Source: Promethearchaeota archaeon
GTDB lineage: Archaea; Asgardarchaeota; Lokiarchaeia; Sigyniarchaeales; SOKP01
NCBI GenBank assembly: GCA_011364975.1
Contig: RDOE01000050.1
Span: forward strand, 1-25,681
Direction of reading: 5' to 3'
DNA length: 25,681 bases
The notes beneath the pieces are model-generated. The model ran no database searches. It saw only the letters and a program-made list of their open reading frames with translations, and was not told the origin of the DNA. The position numbers were made by a program, and so were the translations under genes. Shown here piece after piece: positions 9,064 through 17,493 of this stretch; position 1 is the stretch's first letter, and each line of letters opens with the position of its first letter.

Positions 9064-10382
9064 TGTCCAGATTGCATAGTATTAGGAATTAAGGATAATG
9101 TGTCCTTAATACTGAGGCAAAAACTCTCCGATTCTAATGCACGTTGATTAAACAATATTGATTTTGCTGTTTTGACCATAGCAGGATATCCGCTGCGTAA
9201 TAATTGATTTGCATATATAACGATCCTAACTCCTGCTTTTGCGAGCCTCTCTTCGGTAATAGAACTATATGTTGTTGGTACAGCAACTAGGGGAACTTTT
9301 TCTACTAATTTTGAATAAAATTCACAGAATTCCAAAATTTCATCAGGATCTGTGTTTCTACTATGGATCATAATTGCATCTGCACCAGCTTTAATATAAG
9401 ATTGAGCTCTCAAAAGCGCATCGTCTAGTCCTTTTTCCAAAATTAGGCTTTCTATTCGTGCAATTATCAGAAAATCTTTAGTAATCTGTGCTTTTTTCCC
9501 CTCTGAAATTTTATAGCAAAAATTTTCTATACTATCTTGGATTTGTTCGACTTCATTTCCAAAAAGGGAATTTTTCTTTAATCCAATCTTATCTTCGATA
9601 ATTATAGCTGAAACTCCAAGTCTTTCAAGAGTTTTTACAATGAAAATGAAATGCTCAGTTAATCCTCCATTGTCCCCATCAACAATAATTGGCTTTGTTG
9701 TCACATCTAAAACCTGATTAATTGTATATAATCTTGATGTGAGATCAACGAAACCTGTATCAGGCCTTCCCTTGGCAATTGAATCGGTTAGACTACTTAT
9801 CCAAACTCCATCAAATTCTCTGAAGTCATTATCCATGGTTATATTAGTTTGCTCTACTATTAATCCCGTGAGGCCATTATGAGCCTCTAAAAACCTCAAG
9901 AGAACTTTATTTTGTAACAATCTTCTAAATCTTCTCATCCGAATCTCTGGCGTTGTCCCAATCTCCTTCAATCTTTTCTTGATCTCGGTTGATGATATTC
10001 CAGAGGTGTATGGAGGTTCTATTAATATTCCACCCCATTTTTCTAATGTATCTATTACTTGTTGTCTTGTACCACTCTGAGGCCCAGTTTTCCAGTCATC
10101 ACCATGAATAACATAATTTGGTCTAATTTTTAGTAAATTGTCGGTGTAATCCAAAGTATCTTGGGGAATTACTTCCTTAATTCCTTTTATATTTTCAACA
10201 ATAGATTTTCTCTGTTCATATGTTAAATATGGAAGGGGTTTATAACTAGCTATAGCTTTGTCAGTTAATAACCCTAAAATCACATCTCCCAGCTTTCTTC
10301 CTTCATTTATTATATTTAAATGACCAGGATGTATTAGATCAGCGCTCATTGCAATGTAGACCTTTATTTGATTATTTTTCAT
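9060..10382 (-). CDS. aepX: Phosphoenolpyruvate mutase (PepM/AepX) with N-terminal HxGH cytidylyltransferase domain
   Basis: PepM-diagnostic EDKxxxxxNS ([10 protein letters not shown], nt 9567-9596), plus [27 protein letters not shown] and IYANQLLR; N-terminal [13 protein letters not shown] and GISST of the CTP_transf_like family. Confidence 0.95.
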   Translation of the reverse strand: MKNNQIKVYIAMSADLIHPGHLNIINEGRKLGDVILGLLTDKAIASYKPLPYLTYEQRKSIVENIKGIKEVIPQDTLDYTDNLLKIRPNYVIHGDDWKTGPQSGTRQQVIDTLEKWGGILIEPPYTSGISSTEIKKRLKEIGTTPEIRMRRFRRLLQNKVLLRFLEAHNGLTGLIVEQTNITMDNDFREFDGVWISSLTDSIAKGRPDTGFVDLTSRLYTINQVLDVTTKPIIVDGDNGGLTEHFIFIVKTLERLGVSAIIIEDKIGLKKNSLFGNEVEQIQDSIENFCYKISEGKKAQITKDFLIIARIESLILEKGLDDALLRAQSYIKAGADAIMIHSRNTDPDEILEFCEFYSKLVEKVPLVAVPTTYSSITEERLAKAGVRIVIYANQLLRSGYPAMVKTAKSILFNQRALESESFCLSIKDTLSLIPNTMQSGH

Positions 10383-10497
10383 TATTTAGCCTTCTTTTAA
10401 GATATCTACTCAATTATTCAGGATAATGATTTTTATTATTTAATTTCTAGATTAACCAAAATAATCTTTTTAATGGCATATTTCAATTAATTGAACC

Positions 10498-10514
10498 CGG
10501 GAAACTTTATTAAT
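10498..10514 (+). promoter_or_regulatory. Putative archaeal BRE/TATA element facing away from pepM
   Basis: CGGGAAACTTTATTAAT resembles the archaeal BRE + TTTAWA consensus; no annotated + strand gene follows. Confidence 0.3.
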
Positions 10515-10955
10515 GTAACTTTTATAGTGTTTAAAGGGATCTACATATTATTTAAAAAATAATTAACCGAGAATTATATGATTATCACGAGTCTTTAAAA
10601 TAATTTAAAAATCACTGGGGGAGATGGTGATGCTACTGCTAATCGATTGAACCCTCTTCAAAGAATGTTGAAAATTCTTGATAGCATAAAAAATCAATAT
10701 ACGGTTATATTATTCCTATTTGATAAATAGAGGTTAAAAATTACTCCCAAAAGGAGTGTATAAAGCGGGTAATTTATAACAAAAGGTTTTTTATTAAATA
10801 CAGATCCTTTGAGCTAATAATATAAATCTATTTAAATTAATTGACTGAAAAACCCTTTTCCTTTGGATCTTCTTTTCTCTCATTAGCATTTTAAATTGGT
10901 TTATTGTAATCAATTATGGATTTTGGCATATAAATGATTATTTCGTGTATATATG

Positions 10956-12356
10956 CTAAGTATCAATAGAAAGTGGGGCATCAAAGGATTTTAAGTTGTT
11001 GGAAGATTTATTAGGCGTATGATTAAAAGGTAAATGGTTTTTTCGATTGATGGAACTACCAATTGTCAAATAACAGACATCCACAGGAATTTTTCTATCG
11101 GCATAAATTCGTCTTCCATCAATAATTATTTTTTGTGCCATATTTGATACTAATTTATTAATGCTTATTTCTTGATATTCTGGCCATTCGGTCAATAAAA
11201 TACAGGCGTGGGTGCCAGTTAAACAAGACTCAATGTCAGAAAAAAACTTTACACCATATCTCGAAAATGATCGTAGATCAATACGATCAATAATCGGATC
11301 GTGTGCGTGAATTTTTGCGCCGTTTCTCCATAAAGAACGAATAACTGATAAAGCGGGAGTTTCCCTGATATCATTAGTACCAGGTTTGAAAGTTAGGCCA
11401 AAAATTGCGATTATTTTTCCATCAAGTTCTCCTAAATGCTCACGAAGGAGTTTTGTGACTTTCAAGGGGCGGTTTTCATTTACTTCTAAGACAGCATTGA
11501 GTAGAGAAGGTTTTTCAGCTAAATTGTCTTGTGCAAATTGTAAAAGGGCACGAACATCTTTCGGAAAACACGATCCACCAAATCCAATCCCTGCTTTTAA
11601 AAAAAAAGGAGAAATCCGCGGATCATAACCAATACTATCCATTACATCCCCAATATCAGCGTCATCTACTGATTCAACAATATTTGCTAATTCATTCACA
11701 AATGATATCTTTGTTGCCAAAAATGCATTTGCAGCATACTTTGCAAATTCAGCTGATTCAATGCTCATCTGAAGAATTGGAATTTTTTCACCATAAAAGT
11801 TCGTATAAAATGATTTGAGGAAAGTTGAAGCCATGGCAGTATTTGATCCTATAATCATCCTGCAGGGATAAAGAGTATCTTTTATTGCAGTTCCCTGAGA
11901 TAAAAATTCAGGACTGAATGCAATCCCGATGTTACCACGTTTTTCCAGATGTTGCAGATACCTTCTAGTGGTTCCAGGAATAACAGTACTTCTAATGGCA
12001 ATCAACGAGTAATTTGGATTTAATATTTCTTTCTGACGTTTTTGTATTGTTTTAACGACATTTCGTACGAATTGAAGATTGATATACCCATCTTGGTCGC
12101 TTGGGGTTCCAACAGCAATAAAAATAATCTCAGAAGGGGGGATATTTTCTTCGATGTTAAAAATCCTCAAATTGCCAGAGGATAACCCCTTTTCTAATAA
12201 TTCATCTAATTGTGCCTCATAAATTAATGATTTACCTGCTTTAATTGCTGAAATTTTCTCGTGATCGACATCCACAAGACTTACGTCATATTTCGTTGCA
12301 AAACATACAGCGGTACTCAAACCAACGTATCCTGCTCCAAAAATGGTAATTTTCAA
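10956..12356 (-). CDS. ugd: UDP-glucose/GDP-mannose 6-dehydrogenase family (Ugd/AglM-like), paralog 2
   Basis: GAGYVG, VDVD, IAVGTP, RSTVIPGTT, PEFLSQG, GFGGSCFPKD, GLTFKPGTND, DGRR; TTG start with GAGG upstream. Confidence 0.9.
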   Translation of the reverse strand: MKITIFGAGYVGLSTAVCFATKYDVSLVDVDHEKISAIKAGKSLIYEAQLDELLEKGLSSGNLRIFNIEENIPPSEIIFIAVGTPSDQDGYINLQFVRNVVKTIQKRQKEILNPNYSLIAIRSTVIPGTTRRYLQHLEKRGNIGIAFSPEFLSQGTAIKDTLYPCRMIIGSNTAMASTFLKSFYTNFYGEKIPILQMSIESAEFAKYAANAFLATKISFVNELANIVESVDDADIGDVMDSIGYDPRISPFFLKAGIGFGGSCFPKDVRALLQFAQDNLAEKPSLLNAVLEVNENRPLKVTKLLREHLGELDGKIIAIFGLTFKPGTNDIRETPALSVIRSLWRNGAKIHAHDPIIDRIDLRSFSRYGVKFFSDIESCLTGTHACILLTEWPEYQEISINKLVSNMAQKIIIDGRRIYADRKIPVDVCYLTIGSSINRKNHLPFNHTPNKSSNNLKSFDAPLSIDT

Positions 12357-12624
12357 CTAAAATCAACCTCGAGCTCTTTGTACTCACTGATTAACAATTT
12401 TCCTAATCTGAATTTGTAGATTTCTTTTCATTTTTTTTATTATTTTTAGAATACAAATAAAATAAAAAGGAGTAAATTAAATGAATACAAGGGAGGTATT
12501 TTTAAAATTGAGCTATATTAAAGAGATTAAGTAATTTTCAGATTTAATTAACATTCAACTCTACTATTCATCCCGATCCTAGAAATATAACTACCAGAAG
12601 CAATGAAAATTATGTGAAGGAGAC

Positions 12625-13359
12625 ATGATTGAAAATCGAAAAATTGCAACTATAATTCCAGCTTTTAATGAAGAAAAGCTGGTTAACGATACATTACAAG
12701 GCATTCCAGAGTATATTGACAAAATTATAATTGTTGATGACGGATCGACTGATAGAACTCCTCATATCGTCAAGATGGTAAAAGATCCCAGAGTTAAGCT
12801 TGTTAGACATCAAAAAAATAAAGGAGTCGGAGGAGCCATTGTATCGGGTTATAAGATCTGCTTAAAGCTGAAATATGATATTTCGATTATTCTAGCAGGA
12901 GATAATCAAATGGATCCAAAATATATTCCCAATTTATGTCGTCCGATTATTAATGGGGAAGCTGATTATGTAAAAGGTAATCGATTAACTGGATCAGATG
13001 GATGGAAGGGTATGACTAAATTTAGATTATTTGGAAATTTAGTACTTAGTTATATTACAAAAATCGCTTCAGGATATTGGCATATAATGGATCCCCAGAA
13101 TGGATATACAGCTATTTCCTATAAAGCGCTTTCATTACTAAATTTGAATAATATTTCTAGAGGATATGTATTCGAAAATGATATTCTAATTAAATTGAGT
13201 ATGAAGAAGCTTAAAGTGGTGAATGTATCAATTCCTGCGAAATATGGGGAAGAGGAATCTAAGATAAAATACAACACCTTCATTATAAAAACTAGTCGTT
13301 TTCTTCTAAAATCATACATTTTGCGGTTGAATACTAAATATTCTGGAAGGCTGCGATAA
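12625..13359 (+). CDS. GT2 glycosyltransferase, dolichol-phosphate-sugar synthase-like (soluble, no long TM tail)
   Basis: IIPAFNEE, VDDGSTD, NKGVGGA, AGDNQMDP, KGNR and DPQNGYTA; AAGGAG SD before the ATG. Confidence 0.9.
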   Translation: MIENRKIATIIPAFNEEKLVNDTLQGIPEYIDKIIIVDDGSTDRTPHIVKMVKDPRVKLVRHQKNKGVGGAIVSGYKICLKLKYDISIILAGDNQMDPKYIPNLCRPIINGEADYVKGNRLTGSDGWKGMTKFRLFGNLVLSYITKIASGYWHIMDPQNGYTAISYKALSLLNLNNISRGYVFENDILIKLSMKKLKVVNVSIPAKYGEEESKIKYNTFIIKTSRFLLKSYILRLNTKYSGRLR

Positions 13360-13471
13360 TGAAATCTCATTTATTCACATGGTCTTTTAAGATTTCTACT
13401 TTCATCTAGTAAATTATTATAAAATAAATCATTAAGATTGAATATTTTTTTATCTGTTTATGAAAATTTGA

Positions 13472-14347
13472 TCAGGATTTTGTGAATATTATCACATAAG
13501 CCCCTGATAAAAATTCCAAGAAAGGAATCTTTCTAAACAGGTTTTCCACTAGAATACAGATTTTTGGATTTATTCTGAAAATAAAAAAGGGGAAATAACC
13601 CAAATTATAAATGAATTTGACTGCAAAGTATTTTGATAATAATTTCAAAATTTCTGGTGCTGAGAAAATCCTCTCTACTGCATAATTGAAGTTTTTATTT
13701 GTTCTAGGATCAGTTTTGATTATAAAAACACCTCCCTTCTTTTTTTGAGCTCTTTTAGATAAAAAACTGATATATGGATTCAATTTATTTGTTTCAGCGA
13801 TAATTATGTTTCCTCCCTTTTTGAGAAGTTTTCGCATTTTTAGAACTAAATCTCCAAGAGGAGCAATGTGAGAGACTGCTTCGTTCAATATAATTAAATC
13901 ATATTCGCCAGTATGCTTTAATATATTCTTCTCATAAAATTCTAAATCCAAGTTTATATTTAAATAATTTTCATAGAATAATAATCTTTCTTGCGCAATA
14001 CTCACTCTCTCTTTCGATGTATCTACTCCAATTACCCTACACCCAAGGATACTCATCAAAATTGCTTCAGAACCCATTCCACAACCTGCATCTAAAACTT
14101 GTTTTTTTGGATGCGCATTTTGTGCAAAAAACTTAGCTCGCTCTGCATAATAGTGCTGACGATAACAAGAATATCCTCTCTTCCCCAATAAAAAGGAATA
14201 ATACTTTTTCAATTGTTTTCCATGAGTCTCTCCATATAGTTTCTCGCTTTGAGAAATTTCTAAAGATAACAAGTCACAAAAAGCTATTATTTTTTGATAA
14301 TTATTTAGTAAATTCCCTTTTAAAGTGTTAAAAGGATAATTTCTCAT
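13472..14347 (-). CDS. Class I SAM-dependent methyltransferase
   Basis: Motif I VLDAGCGMG, VIGVD, YDLI..EAVSHI and LLKKGG; GGTG SD upstream. Confidence 0.85.
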   Translation of the reverse strand: MRNYPFNTLKGNLLNNYQKIIAFCDLLSLEISQSEKLYGETHGKQLKKYYSFLLGKRGYSCYRQHYYAERAKFFAQNAHPKKQVLDAGCGMGSEAILMSILGCRVIGVDTSKERVSIAQERLLFYENYLNINLDLEFYEKNILKHTGEYDLIILNEAVSHIAPLGDLVLKMRKLLKKGGNIIIAETNKLNPYISFLSKRAQKKKGGVFIIKTDPRTNKNFNYAVERIFSAPEILKLLSKYFAVKFIYNLGYFPFFIFRINPKICILVENLFRKIPFLEFLSGAYVIIFTKS

Positions 14348-14432
14348 ATTTACACCATAAATATTATTTCTAACTTTATAAAATAGTTATTCTAATCTTT
14401 ACGTTCTCTCGAAAAAAAAGTAAGGAGAAAAA

Positions 14433-14528
14433 ATGTTGCATTCACAAATAATAAGTGAAAAAAAAGGCAATATTCATCCAATAATAATGATATCTATATA
14501 TATTGTTATCAAATTATATCTTAGTTAA
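14433..14528 (+). CDS. Putative small (31 aa) hydrophobic protein
   Basis: AAGGAG (14422-14427) 5 nt before ATG; MLHSQIISEKKGNIHPIIMISIYIVIKLYLS*; ends 5 nt before the next start. Confidence 0.3.
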   Translation: MLHSQIISEKKGNIHPIIMISIYIVIKLYLS

Positions 14529-14533
14529 TTGAT

Positions 14534-16324
14534 GTGAGTTTTGTGATCCATTATCCATTTAACTCAAAACGCAATAAAAATATCTTTTTGGTAGTTTTTG
14601 CTATATTTTTATTATTATATTCTTATATATCAAAATTTTTGAATCCATTTGAAATTTTAGATCCGTTTGTTAATGCAAATTACAAAAACTTACAGCAAGC
14701 AATATTCTCTATAATTCTTTTATTTTTAATATTTTCAGTCATCTTATATTTCTGTATGGATGAACCAAGCAATAATTTTTTCATATTGACATTTATGTGC
14801 GGGGTAATTATCGTCATTAGTCCAAGTTTATTTACTACAAGATTATTTTCTTCCGATAGTGCTATTCATCTTTTTATCATTAAAAAAATTATATTAAATT
14901 CGTCAATACCAGAATATGTGCAATATATGAATTTTACTTATCATAGATTGATAGCATTAGTTACTTCCCTGACGAAAAGCGACCCATATTACATTATACT
15001 ATATTTACCACAACTTGTGACATTTTCATTATATTATACTGGAATTTACCTGATTTTGTTTAGATCTAAAACCTTAAATACAAAATATCGTAAAAATCTT
15101 CTCACATTTCTAATTTTCAACCCTTTTATTCTTTTCAACTTTTCATATTTTGCACCCTTCTCTTTATTAATCTCAGTATCTCCATTATTATTTTATTTAA
15201 CAAGTCATGAAGGAAATCTAACTTGGAAAAAGGAAACACTATTCACAGCAGCAATAATGCTATTAACTATTACGTCTCATATTTTTGGTTATTTTATAAT
15301 TGGATTAGGATTGTTTTTAATCTTTTTAATGATTATTCTAGGTAGAATGGACCACTTAACCTATAAAAAAATTCTAGTTGCAATCTATATGACAATAGCT
15401 TTAGCAATTACTTTTATCTTAACTTGGAATCAGGTTATGGAAATATTACTACCGATTTTACCTTTTTCTTCTACGATCAAACTATATTTCACCCTCTATT
15501 CATTAGAAGGAGGAGAATTAATAAATTTCTTTAGATATAATACAATATATGCCCTTTTATTTAGGTTAATTCAGTTATTTCCCATTGTTTTTAGTTTTAT
15601 ATACAACCAAATATATTATTTTATAAAAATTCGATCAAAATCTAAACTAGAACTTAATTATTTGACATATCTTAGAATATGCTCCGACCTACTATTTAGC
15701 ATATTCCTAATTTCGCTATTTATTGGATATAATCTTAGATTTTTCCGAATGGTGGTAATAATTTATTTTATTTATGTAATGTTATCAATTATAGATTTAT
15801 TTCTTATTATTGAAAGATTATTTTCATTAAATGCAGAGAATTATAAATTTAATACCAAAACAAAATGGATATCTTTCACTCTTTTGGCCTTAATTCTTGC
15901 CATTACAACGAGTTTAACATTTGAAACCCAATCTCCCTATTCATCTTCGGTCTATACTACGTTAAAATGGACAAATGAAAATCTCCCAAATAATTCTAAA
16001 TTTCTTACTAGCTCTCATCTATTAAAACTCATTTATGGATTAACCTCATACTCGGGAACTGATAAATATTGGGCTCTTTTTGGGAACGAAATAGTAACTC
16101 CCTCCTTTGAAAGCGTTTCTTATTTCTTAAATGATTGGATCGGACTGGATTTTAACGTATATTTACTTTTAAGCTTCAATGATAGTTCCGATGAACCGAT
16201 TAGCAACAATGTTGAAAAATTATATTCCATCGCAGAGAATTCGGATTTTTTTGAACACATGTTCTCTGATTCAGGGGTTTATTTGTATAAGATTATTTTA
16301 AATGAACAAGAGAATTTTTTATGA
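14534..16324 (+). CDS. Polytopic membrane protein, GT-C-like (polymerase/ligase/transferase candidate)
   Basis: More than 10 predicted TM helices, SSDSAIH (DxxxH) first loop, C-terminal LKWTNENLPNNSKFLT segment like those following the last TM of STT3/GT-C proteins, but no WWDxG. Confidence 0.55.
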   Translation: MSFVIHYPFNSKRNKNIFLVVFAIFLLLYSYISKFLNPFEILDPFVNANYKNLQQAIFSIILLFLIFSVILYFCMDEPSNNFFILTFMCGVIIVISPSLFTTRLFSSDSAIHLFIIKKIILNSSIPEYVQYMNFTYHRLIALVTSLTKSDPYYIILYLPQLVTFSLYYTGIYLILFRSKTLNTKYRKNLLTFLIFNPFILFNFSYFAPFSLLISVSPLLFYLTSHEGNLTWKKETLFTAAIMLLTITSHIFGYFIIGLGLFLIFLMIILGRMDHLTYKKILVAIYMTIALAITFILTWNQVMEILLPILPFSSTIKLYFTLYSLEGGELINFFRYNTIYALLFRLIQLFPIVFSFIYNQIYYFIKIRSKSKLELNYLTYLRICSDLLFSIFLISLFIGYNLRFFRMVVIIYFIYVMLSIIDLFLIIERLFSLNAENYKFNTKTKWISFTLLALILAITTSLTFETQSPYSSSVYTTLKWTNENLPNNSKFLTSSHLLKLIYGLTSYSGTDKYWALFGNEIVTPSFESVSYFLNDWIGLDFNVYLLLSFNDSSDEPISNNVEKLYSIAENSDFFEHMFSDSGVYLYKIILNEQENFL

Positions 16325-16327
16325 ATT

Positions 16328-17281
16328 TCAGTCTCTCCAACCTTTAATTTTTCTAGTAAAGTGATTATTAATCTTGTAGGTTCTATCAAACAAGCAAATA
16401 GAATATCTTAAAATATTGAAATAATTTTTAGGAAAAAGCTTGATGCTTTTAGTAAAATAAATGAAGCTCATCTTTTTATTCCTCAGAAGGGCTGTGCAAA
16501 TTGCCAAATTCATATAAAGACTTGCAAGACGTTTTTTATTCCATACATAAAAATCCGATTCATATCCTCTTAAGAGGATATAGTATATCTTGTATGCATT
16601 CAATAAATATGAAGAATTTAGATATTGCCTTGAGAGTGAAATATTTTCATTGTGAATCAAATATGTTATCCTGTTAATTGCTCTTGTTTTTACTCGTTTT
16701 GAGATCTTTAACCATAAAATACTTTCTCCTCCATTTACATTTTCATTAAATCTATAATAAGGATTTAAAAACAGGTTAAGTCTCATAATAGGATGCATTT
16801 CTCCACCAAATTTCTCACTTTTTACAACTTCCTTGTAATCAAGAATAAGGTCATCTCCTTTAACCCAAGAAGTCTTTCGGCCATCTTGATCTATAGTTTG
16901 AAATAAAAATCTCTGAATTTTAGGATACTTAATAATCGATTCTGCAATTCTATTCAAAGAATTATGAACTAATTCATCATCGTCCCCCAAAAAGAAAATA
17001 TATTCGTTTTTGATGTTTTCACTCTGTTCCAAAGCTTTAGTAATACCGGAATTCCGAGCACTACAAACCCCTCCATTCTCTTGTTTTTGATAGAGAATTA
17101 AATAGGAATATTTTTTAATGAAATTTTGGACAATAATCTCTGTATTATCATTTGATCCATCATCAATTATTATAATTGTAAATTCATCATATTTTTGCTG
17201 TAGAACTGATTCTATTGCCTTTGGAAGAAGCGAGTCTCTATTGTAAGTTGGAATAACAATGAAGAATTTTGGTAAGGTCAA
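16328..17281 (-). CDS. GT2 glycosyltransferase (GT-A fold)
   Basis: IVIPTYNR, IIDDGSND, NGGVCSARN, FLGDDD; probable start TTG 17281 with GTGGGA upstream (ORF track extends to 17374). Confidence 0.9.
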   Translation of the reverse strand: MTLPKFFIVIPTYNRDSLLPKAIESVLQQKYDEFTIIIIDDGSNDNTEIIVQNFIKKYSYLILYQKQENGGVCSARNSGITKALEQSENIKNEYIFFLGDDDELVHNSLNRIAESIIKYPKIQRFLFQTIDQDGRKTSWVKGDDLILDYKEVVKSEKFGGEMHPIMRLNLFLNPYYRFNENVNGGESILWLKISKRVKTRAINRITYLIHNENISLSRQYLNSSYLLNAYKIYYILLRGYESDFYVWNKKRLASLYMNLAICTALLRNKKMSFIYFTKSIKLFPKNYFNILRYSICLFDRTYKINNHFTRKIKGWRD

Positions 17282-17493
17282 TTTCCCACGTTTAAGACAT
17301 GGAAGAAAGATTCTTAAAAGATATTCGACAAAAACTATCTGAGTTTGATATATCATATCTAATTTCAAAAACAAATAAACTACAAATCGTAATCTTTGAA
17401 ATATAAGGTGAAAGATGTTGATAGTTCGAATTCAGAGAAATTTCGTGAGATTCAATAAAATTTATCCAATTAAATGACTATGGAGGAAGTTTA

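Noticed and set aside
9060-10382. Alternative call as isocitrate/methylisocitrate lyase or phosphonopyruvate hydrolase
   Set aside because: The catalytic loop is EDKxxxxxNS (PepM), not the KKCGH/KRCGH of lyases, and the cytidylyltransferase fusion matches AepX/Fom1
14534-16324. Call as oligosaccharyltransferase AglB
   Set aside because: Lacks the WWDxG and DK/MI motifs required for that call
17282-17374. 31-aa N-terminal extension of the GT2 in the ORF track
   Set aside because: The family motif begins right after TTG 17281, which has an SD-like element; the extension is probably not translated
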